20,000 nucleotides of DNA from an uncultured virus (IMG/VR IMGVR_UViG_3300025723_000028). Lineage: Duplodnaviria > Heunggongvirae > Uroviricota > Caudoviricetes. Below the pieces are notes generated by a model that had not been told where the DNA came from, ran no database searches, and was given only the letters and a program-made list of their open reading frames with translations. The stretch is from IMG/VR virus record IMGVR_UViG_3300025723_000028. One strand, given 5' to 3'. Below, piece after piece: positions 9,001 through 13,514 of the stretch (within the stretch, counting starts at the first letter, position 1; each line of letters opens with the position of its first letter). Both the position numbers and the translations under genes were made by a program.

Positions 9001-9642
9001 AGAATCGATAATCCAGCTACTGGTTCCATTGTTATTAACTCGATATTGTATAGTTTCTACTGTATTTTGTGCAACAACAAACTTATAGCTGCCATTACGA
9101 ACTAGTGTCAATGAAGGATTATTACCAGTGTACCCAGTAAAGGTATATGCCCCATTAATTCTGCTAACTGTAAAAGTTTCTTCTACTGGAATAGCCGTCG
9201 GTGCAACAGTAACTAAATCTGGGCCATCAGGTAACCAATAATACTGCGAATAATTATTATATTTGTCAAAATCTACAAAAGGATCCCAAGAATAATATTC
9301 ACTTTCAAATAATCTGTCAGCTTGAGAAGTTATACCACCTTGTGTACTAATAGCATCAAGTATTCCTGGATATGTAATTGCATCAGTAATTTTTTTTGTA
9401 AGCGGGTCAATACTTACTACACCAGGTTCTAATTGGTAATTATTACGTACTGCGGTTGGCTCAACAACATATCCATCATTGGGATTGACACCGGGCCCAA
9501 CTTTTCTTCCGATATATCCTTGTGTTTGTTTATACTGTGGTTCTTGTATCAGTTGATCAAGAGTCGCTGATAAAAATTGTTTGTTTACTGGAGTTTGAAA
9601 AATTTCCGGTAAAAAATCAACAGAACGAATTGTTGCAGCCAT
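1..9642 (-). CDS. Giant virion structural / baseplate protein, at least 3214 aa, 3' end beyond the window; positionally equivalent to T4 gp7
   Basis: ATG at 9642 overlaps the TAA of the upstream gene (TAATG) and has GGAG 7 nt upstream. The frame is open from 9642 to 1 with no TAA/TAG/TGA: MAATIRSVDFLPEIFQTPVNKQFLSATLDQL...GNWRGIYRYFYDTETPNTTPWEMVGFSEEPAWWATRYGPGPYTSGNTVLWDDLEAG...GGVAYTYDFFP. It directly follows the gp6-like gene. The motifs resemble, from recall, the multi-thousand-residue virion proteins of large myoviruses. Confidence 0.9.
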   Translation of the reverse strand, partial: MAATIRSVDFLPEIFQTPVNKQFLSATLDQLIQEPQYKQTQGYIGRKVGPGVNPNDGYVVEPTAVRNNYQLEPGVVSIDPLTKKITDAITYPGILDAISTQGGITSQADRLFESEYYSWDPFVDFDKYNNYSQYYWLPDGPDLVTVAPTAIPVEETFTVSRINGAYTFTGYTGNNPSLTLVRNGSYKFVVAQNTVETIQYRVNNNGTSSWIIDSQNNPTLTLIRGNTYEFNLVQTGSHAFYIKTQESFGTTNLWSEGVVNNGGTQGLVTFTVPQDAPDTLYYCNDIEFNLRGQFDIVSATPGTGPDFWIQLAPGADGKLPWSKNISSRDILGVSNNGTDLGTVSFSVPNSNAQDFYYSLPYIGYPTSSTGEVDLICSSLQFNQINGVYVDQFLTTYTNGIDGVTDLNGKTLVFTSNPTDLSTQINLWQIQYIPDNVGALYIQLNNILTIPNSTQFIITSGTEYVNTQWYKSSAGYFTQMPLLTASASQLYYQDSEDPTIFGTINLINENTNSPVPPLAVNGISASGTAVTLHFDDQTSVLYSIGDTIIVSGVNPSNYNGNYTVLSCTTSSVTYNGTYSGAYVSGGVINSISINSYINVNTDILGNKNYTSPNGVIFTNGLKIVFEGNVYPTNYVNNTYYVQGVGTSIKLVPASELIVVEPYSTDVNGQPIVPDYITINMASPDLNPWTRSNRWFHIDVIEYAAAFNDISPTYTNAQRANRPILEFRSGLKLYNFGTQGLPAVNVIDFTQTDALLNVNGKIGYGINGYTLEQGSLVIFAADNDPVVRTQIYLVNFIVPDPSISTTPVIDLVPTNYSPALVNQTTVCLNGLTLPIHSIGSTGTAVTLYFTPRSSIPYTIGQAITVTGVSPASYNGSFIVTKCTTTSVTFSSTTTAAYISGGTIGIQGQSFYYNGTSWIDSQQKIAVNQAPLFDVFDSNGYSFGDASQYPSTNFTGCKLLSYAENPDNPVDSVLGIPLDFFSVDNIGDILFDNNLYTDSFIYTPAGTTGITVNVSTGFVYQYSDRIAFTPEIGWQTAAIPSLPRQQFQFTYSGTPLQLDVLVETALDVPPVQVFVNNVYQLPTMYTLSINSQSNTSVVALNSPTMVIGDIVEILAYSQQVSATAFYQIPINLENNPFNGNSAKFSLGTVRQHYTTICENLVNLAGPINGRNNTRDLGNIIPYGQLILQQSSPLTLAGFFLRNINYDLFAALDYNSREYIKYKNKLLTAVTQLNLTGNETVSQVLDLGISNITKSLTKSNSFYWSDMLPIGTNYTSTTTVVNPITSATFNTSQMYNFTSSNYLGLLVYVNDILLLRNSQYTVSVDAQKLTILVPLHVGDVVTINEYPTTVASWCPNTPSKMGLYPKFTPSIYIDDTYSEPTVVIQGHDGSTTIAFGDIRDQVLLEFEKRIYDNIKVDDNPIPLTSDQVDPTFYPAQTTALLPGFFRKTPYTYSEVNQIMSEDFLTWVGQNRVDYTQQNYITDNPFTYNYSQAANRIDQTQFLQGNWRGIYRYFYDTETPNTTPWEMVGFSEEPAWWATRYGPGPYTSGNTVLWDDLEAGIVADPVGPYVLPEYIRPGLSKIIPASSEGYLLPPSECVMGRNDPYGFQQSWVSGDGGPVQASWWNSSSYPFAIMRLLALTKPAQFFSLFADRDLYRYNNALGQYLLNSRYRLNASGVQVYGNGVSKASYINWIVDYNQQTGVNSTTALTNELANLDVRLCYRMASFSDSAYVQISTERAGPSSTNNSLQIPPSSYSLIFYKNQPFDQITYSSVIVQVERLGSGGIGYSVYGYSNVQPYFEILESSPVGLYQTITAGNTTVQVPSQYTNNIKQIPYGYVFTSPSSVCDFLMSYGAWLTSQGLIFDNTYNGYTLNWLQMSQEFLYFGEQGWQAGTMINLNPAATTIKASQPISIVDTIASITPENMLLDQNRTVLDVSSMIVNRDGNQFSITSTNGQTINYLTLKFTNYEDMIVLDNTTQFRDLIYDPITAARQVRLSLIASTTTEWDGQLNAQGFILNLNNVKQWQSYQKYTKGDMVLYKNTYWQALVISEPQETFNYSEWIKSDYQAIDTGLLPNLANKADQLVSSYDVYQANLTSDNDLFAFGLIGFRPRPYMTDMNLNGVTQVQLYQQFIGTKGTLQAAEIFNLAKLNGKESGDYNIYENWGILSGVYGANANKSYFEIQLNEALLSYNPSTIQITNPGDVSQANQQVYLSNLWKESYSINNINILPTIYESGSLPDALPSAGYVCLDDVDVTVFSIEDPAAIEADINNIGIGTYIWIAKTNTHDWGVYRVASVPGQMIRLTDNLNGTSVVQFNAAHGLSLYDLIIIKYFNNGVNGVYRVLAAPTPTTVIIAFSFVNTNVTNITGTGLVFHLQSARVSQASDISNLPYVNNLVPGSIAWIDNNGSGHWETVQKQTPFITDSVISTGFTPSDRYGVSITQSASNFGAMVGAPGANSILTYIRGNFTDYQFNSTLILETIDSSNFGNMVSFGSSNWAIAGANTSASNMGYAVVIYRNSDVNSFTITQLLVPPTQNFNPIKFGTSGVISADEKWMYIGAPAANSVYAYEKIDVVNQTITYTTNYSVTSYEYSNAIQINYLHPEQLSVALSGIELVYGKDYTVDQNFVTLVHPTVSGQTLTLTRNLSKQLDATTYYNLRQSSTSGAGYNSIFTIQNVRGEYVINLITGGQSYAINDTLVISGSRLGGTTTANDLTITVTGIAVGGAISGYTYTGIGINQTNTFALNTYLYNATTIETFAVTVNKVIQRPYFDYTFNNETTELTFITIPPVGADIIVTTPTYWQYVTTITSTDSISGDNFGSSVATTTDGAQIYVGAPNTTRDNLNNSGVVYMFDRSVIRYIVSNPSQLTYTIPGNVTNPVTVSVNETFLLTTSQSIEGQYSISGNNIIFSNITFNYGDIIEIGTNQITQIQELSSSTPVKSAEYGLVLDSCPLNCSLYIGAPYDSTYIDLAGSVDHQVNQSRVYGVTTSTIANPVLTPSGTLRINNSIVTVPAQPNNTVAGFAKAINEMAIPNVIASTTPDLTFTGDSTTKVFYIGSLYTVASSYTTVVYLNNVLQIAGIDYSYDPSAETINFVFAPLPGVKIIVVSGRLTLSIKNSKAGTPNNLITVLPGTVTSVFGQLGFDTLVFTQQILSPSPAFNAQFGASLSIDSSAVNLIVGAPNGNVYEPTTFDANQTYFDENSTTFYNPINNGGVAYTYDFFP
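100..2360 (-). repeat. Six FG-GAP-like (integrin-alpha beta-propeller) repeats within the giant protein
   Basis: RYGVSITQSASNFGAMVGAPG (~2290-2358), NFGNMVSFGSSNWAIAGA (~2155-2208), KFGTSGVISADEKWMYIGAPA (~1978-2040), NFGSSVATTTDGAQIYVGAPN (~1150-1212), EYGLVLDSCPLNCSLYIGAPY (~775-837), QFGASLSIDSSAVNLIVGAPN (~121-183). Confidence 0.8.
6940..7152 (-). repeat. 71-aa beta-rich module, copy B, within the giant protein
   Basis: LPIHSIGSTGTAVTLYFTPRSSIPYTIGQAITVTGVSPASYNGSFIVTKCTTTSVTFSSTTTAAYISGGTI, an ungapped match to copy A. Confidence 0.85.
7882..8094 (-). repeat. 71-aa beta-rich module, copy A, within the giant protein
   Basis: LAVNGISASGTAVTLHFDDQTSVLYSIGDTIIVSGVNPSNYNGNYTVLSCTTSSVTYNGTYSGAYVSGGVI aligns without gaps to copy B, with 35/71 identities by my count. 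Confidence 0.85.
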
Positions 9643-12600
9643 TAAATTGCTCCACTACCAGGGGCGGTTTGTAAATTAGTACTAGTTAACGATTGAATAA
9701 TTTCAATATTATTGATCGTAGCGCCATTAACAAAAATTTGATATGGCGCACATTGTATTTCGTATAGATCACCGAATGATTTTTGGGTATTAAGTGGAAC
9801 TAACACCACCGAAGCTACATAAGTTCCTATTTGTGCATGTATGTATGCCGCCAATCTAGAAAAGTAAAATGTATCTCCGAAATTCCAATTAGCAATATCG
9901 AAATATGCATTCATGGTCGATAATACAAGATTTTGTATTTGATTATTACTAGCATTAGTATTAGCCGCTGGAATAACTTTAATAGTAGCTTGTAATGCTT
10001 CCGGAGCTTTACTACCAAAAAGAGGTAAAAATTCTACGCTATTAAGAATCATATTATCACTTATCATTTTATAATTTTGTAAACCTGCATAGTTTGTTGT
10101 CAATTGATCAATAGTCGGAGGTAATGGCTGTGCTATTGTGTTAGTTGTGTCTTGAATCCATGCTACATACGCAGTATAGTATTCTAAAGTCACAACATAC
10201 AAATCAATAATATTAGTGCTACCGGGATCAATAAGATTAGTTAATCCAGAGTTATGTCGATATTGGAAATATAAATCCTGTCGCCCAATCTGTGCGATCC
10301 ATCCTGTTGATAAATTTAATGTTCTTGTGCCTGATAAAGTCAACATCAATGTATAAAAATTATTTTCCTGATAAGCATAAAATACTTGTCCAGTAGCATA
10401 TTGTTCTTTAACCATTTGTATTGCAGATAAAGTAGCATAATTATCAACTACAACACCAGATGGCTGTAACAAATAACGTTCTAAGTTATCAAAGTCAACT
10501 GTTAATTGAAAATACACGTATGGTTGCGGAGTCGCAGTACTTGATGGAGATACTCCAACTATTGCTTGAAAGAAATCAGGATCATCAGGAATACCATTAT
10601 TATTATAATCTTCATATCCAACTAATACTTGATAATCGTCAACTAAGCCATCACTTAATACTGGTTGACCAATAATTTTAAGTGTAACATCTGACAATAA
10701 AGGCAAATTGCTGTTAGGCTGACTATTTGATTTTAAAATTTTGGCAAAATCTGAAATAACTGTGCCAGTACGACTATCGTATACTGACTGTGCTGTGTCA
10801 AAAAAGAAACGAACCTCTAATACACTACCAAAATAATAGTCAAGACTTCTAGATTTTATCGTATACTGTGCACCATCATATGTTGCTTGTATCATCCAGC
10901 TAGCATCAAGATTAGCACCTGATGTGTTACCAGCAAATGTTTGATTCCATGCTGAATTTATAGCAAGGTTAGCTGATGTTATTAGGTACCATGTATAAGG
11001 GGTGCCAGTAATAGTACCTGTACTGTCATAACCAAGCCCAAAATTTTGTTTTAAATAGATTTGATTGACTATAGAATTTTTTAAAGTTGTGCTAAAAGTA
11101 GTGGATAACAGTGGAATAACCTGTACTGGAATGGCTCCAGAAGGAACATAGGTATTTAACACCACTGGACCTGTGCCATCCAACAAATTTCCTAATCCAC
11201 CATTTGTGCCATCCCCAACAATCGCTGTTGGACTTGCCCAAATGTACATGTGATCTTCGCCTGATTGCGGTACACCTGGTTGCAATTCATTTTTAGAATC
11301 GAAATAATATCCAGAAGGTGGTACAAATTTAATTAATGACGTTTCGACAATATAAAAAGCATTATTACTAACAGTTGGACCAACTGGTACTGGATTTCCG
11401 CTGCTATTTTGAAAATAACCAGTGGTTTCATTAACAATAGTTGTACTTTCATTCCATGTATAATTTAGTGCTATTAAACTTGGACGTGGGAAATATGCGT
11501 AATAAAATTGCTTAAATGTTGAATGTAATAAAATTGGCGTAATGTCATTTAAAATAACATTATTGATATCATTTGTTGTTTGATAAGTGAAGGTAAATGC
11601 TGGCGTATTGTTTGTATACCACAAAGCTCCGTCATCGGCAAATACGTTAGTAGAAGAATATTTACCTGTAGGATCTACCAAATCTAAATATCGACTAGTT
11701 CCAATAGAACTACGATTAAGAGCTGCACTCTTAATAATTGAATTATAAGTTGTGAATGGAAAATTTGTATAATCTTCGCCATTAACCATACGATTTTGTG
11801 TATAATATCGAGCAGGAGCACGTTGTTTAATTTGAGTAAGGGTTTCACGTGGTGCTGCATTAGTCACTGGACTAGTTATACCACACGTAAATGTAATAGT
11901 TTCAATAGTACCAGTACGACTGACATAAGAAATCGGTATTTGTATAGATTGCATATCTTCTGGATTGATAATGTATTGTAATCCATTAGATGCGCGAACA
12001 TAATTTCGAAATTGTCCAACTGGAATTGTAGCAAATACATTATCGCCAAATACTAAAGTAATTTGATCGTTAGTTCTACTGGTTACAGAATAAACATTAC
12101 GCAATGTTGAAGTCATTTGCTCAACTGCTGCGGTATATACCGAAGGCACTTGTTGCCAAATTTTTTGTACATTGCCTACATTATCAAGTTGATATAGCCA
12201 CACATCAGTATTATTGATTCCCTCAATGTTTACATTAACGGTACGATTAGAAATTTGTTCTATTAAATTAAAATCTTGATTTTGTAATACACCTTGCTTA
12301 AAATAAAAGAAAAATCCAGTATTAGCTGACTGATATCCCAATTGATCATTACGAAATAAAATATTAAATCGTCCATCAGGCAATGGTGGCGGCTCATAAA
12401 TGTAAGTTTCACCAAGAGAAGTACTATTGACTACTTCAAATGGCATATTAATTCCATTGACAGTAGATGTATATGGTATAACTGGCAAATAACCTGGTAC
12501 TAAATTGATAGTATATTCTTGGGTATCTACTCCTAATATTATTTGATCGTTACCAGGAGATCCTACGTATTGTGTATTGACTAAAGTGGCATTTAAAATT

Positions 12601-13073
12601 GCCGTAAACTGTTCTTGCCAATCAAAATTACTAGGATCAGCCCAGTTAACAGTGATGTTAGCTAAATCTATACCATTATAATCTGTTACATTTTCAGTAG
12701 TCATAACTGAAAATACCTTAAGATATCCATTAGCTTCTGTATTTCTTTGAGGAGTATATGAAACTAAATTGGCCAGTTTAATAACAGAATCTCGTCGTTC
12801 TGCCGTATCAATATAATTTTCTCGTGTGTTTAAATCTGTTCGAAATGCCAATGCTTGGCCCATAAAAGCCATAACATCTAATAACGCTATAAATTCCGAA
12901 GATTCAATATAGTCATTGAATGTTTCTGGATAATATTGTCGCAAATAATCTATAAAACTCTTACGTAAGGTTTCGAAGTCGTAAGACTGAAAGTCTCCTT
13001 CGCTGTAGGTTTGATAGATTCTTTTCCAATCTTCAACACCAAATAATACGGTTTGTCTTGTTGTCTGCGCCAT
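9642..13073 (-). CDS. gp6: Baseplate wedge subunit, T4 gp6-like (about 1143 aa; alternative ATG at 13079)
   Basis: The N-terminus DFQSYDFETLRKSFIDYLRQYYPETFNDYIESSEFIALLDVMAFMGQALAFRTDLNTRENYIDTAERRDSVIKLA and the internal ETLTQIKQRAPARYYTQNRMVNGEDY are gp6/baseplate-J-type signatures. It lies directly downstream of gp25. GGA sits 6 nt before the ATG at 13073. Confidence 0.88.
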   Translation of the reverse strand: MAQTTRQTVLFGVEDWKRIYQTYSEGDFQSYDFETLRKSFIDYLRQYYPETFNDYIESSEFIALLDVMAFMGQALAFRTDLNTRENYIDTAERRDSVIKLANLVSYTPQRNTEANGYLKVFSVMTTENVTDYNGIDLANITVNWADPSNFDWQEQFTAILNATLVNTQYVGSPGNDQIILGVDTQEYTINLVPGYLPVIPYTSTVNGINMPFEVVNSTSLGETYIYEPPPLPDGRFNILFRNDQLGYQSANTGFFFYFKQGVLQNQDFNLIEQISNRTVNVNIEGINNTDVWLYQLDNVGNVQKIWQQVPSVYTAAVEQMTSTLRNVYSVTSRTNDQITLVFGDNVFATIPVGQFRNYVRASNGLQYIINPEDMQSIQIPISYVSRTGTIETITFTCGITSPVTNAAPRETLTQIKQRAPARYYTQNRMVNGEDYTNFPFTTYNSIIKSAALNRSSIGTSRYLDLVDPTGKYSSTNVFADDGALWYTNNTPAFTFTYQTTNDINNVILNDITPILLHSTFKQFYYAYFPRPSLIALNYTWNESTTIVNETTGYFQNSSGNPVPVGPTVSNNAFYIVETSLIKFVPPSGYYFDSKNELQPGVPQSGEDHMYIWASPTAIVGDGTNGGLGNLLDGTGPVVLNTYVPSGAIPVQVIPLLSTTFSTTLKNSIVNQIYLKQNFGLGYDSTGTITGTPYTWYLITSANLAINSAWNQTFAGNTSGANLDASWMIQATYDGAQYTIKSRSLDYYFGSVLEVRFFFDTAQSVYDSRTGTVISDFAKILKSNSQPNSNLPLLSDVTLKIIGQPVLSDGLVDDYQVLVGYEDYNNNGIPDDPDFFQAIVGVSPSSTATPQPYVYFQLTVDFDNLERYLLQPSGVVVDNYATLSAIQMVKEQYATGQVFYAYQENNFYTLMLTLSGTRTLNLSTGWIAQIGRQDLYFQYRHNSGLTNLIDPGSTNIIDLYVVTLEYYTAYVAWIQDTTNTIAQPLPPTIDQLTTNYAGLQNYKMISDNMILNSVEFLPLFGSKAPEALQATIKVIPAANTNASNNQIQNLVLSTMNAYFDIANWNFGDTFYFSRLAAYIHAQIGTYVASVVLVPLNTQKSFGDLYEIQCAPYQIFVNGATINNIEIIQSLTSTNLQTAPGSGAI
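9650..9653 (-). promoter_or_regulatory. Shine-Dalgarno GGAG for the giant structural gene
   Basis: GGAG-CAATTTA-ATG with a 7 nt spacer, embedded in the end of the gp6-like gene. Confidence 0.6.
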
Positions 13074-13091
13074 GGTCATTCCAATGTTACA

Positions 13092-13099
13092 GTATTTAT
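13092..13099 (-). promoter_or_regulatory. Late-promoter-like motif ATAAATAC upstream of the gp6-like gene
   Basis: The minus strand reads ...AATGAC-ATAAATAC-TGTAACATTGGAATGACCATG. This is the second copy of the motif, in the only other sizeable intergenic gap. Confidence 0.6.
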
Positions 13100-13125
13100 G
13101 TCATTAATAATCTGGGTAGTTTAAG

Positions 13126-13500
13126 TTAGACGTAACTTGCAGATCTTGTAGATTCATTAAAGAAAATGGATATTATTTGAGATGCAGTTGTCGCAACAGT
13201 TTGCAAATCTAATTGTAATAATATTCCATTTTGTTGTGGATACATGTATACGTTATTAAGATATAATCTGGGATCGCCTCCAACTATACGCTGTACTTCT
13301 TCATATATTGCAGTTTCTAACTGAGGAGTTTGATTTTCAAACAAATAATTCCATAACAACGTACCATATCCCGGCCGACCTACTAGTTCACCTTGTCTAA
13401 TGTTAAATGCATTTAATAAATCTTGTTTAATTAATGCATCATCAACAAGAACAAAATTCTTATTTTGATTAACAGTTGAAAATCCGATAAAGGTTGCCAT
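13126..13500 (-). CDS. gp25: Baseplate wedge subunit / sheath initiator, gp25 (GPW/gp25 family)
   Basis: 124 aa with D.ALIKQDLLNAFNIRQGELVGRPGYGTLLWNYLFE...IYEEVQRIVGGDPRL, the typical gp25 pattern and size. It lies between the spike genes and the gp6-like gene. Confidence 0.92.
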   Translation of the reverse strand: MATFIGFSTVNQNKNFVLVDDALIKQDLLNAFNIRQGELVGRPGYGTLLWNYLFENQTPQLETAIYEEVQRIVGGDPRLYLNNVYMYPQQNGILLQLDLQTVATTASQIISIFFNESTRSASYV

Positions 13501-13505
13501 AATAT

Positions 13506-13513
13506 GTATTTAT
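13506..13513 (-). promoter_or_regulatory. Late-promoter-like motif ATAAATAC upstream of gp25
   Basis: The minus strand reads TAG-A-ATAAATAC-ATATT-ATG. It resembles the T4 late promoter TATAAATA, and the same 8-mer recurs in the next intergenic gap. Confidence 0.6.
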
Positions 13514-13514
13514 T

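Noticed and set aside
8752..9050. Functional blue-copper (type 1) site
   Set aside because: Only the first His and the Cys are present. The loop CNDIEFNL lacks the second His and the axial Met.
1..9641. Stop-codon recoding (TAG/TGA readthrough), pseudogene or non-coding region to explain the lack of long ORFs
   Set aside because: The minus frame starting at 9642 has no stop of any kind under the standard code. It was omitted only because it runs off the window. TAG also appears to act as a normal stop at 13515-13517, directly before the gp25 upstream motif.
13080..13125. Rho-independent terminator or small RNA in the largest intergenic gap
   Set aside because: There is no GC-rich stem-loop followed by a U-tract on either strand, and the gap is too short for a tRNA.
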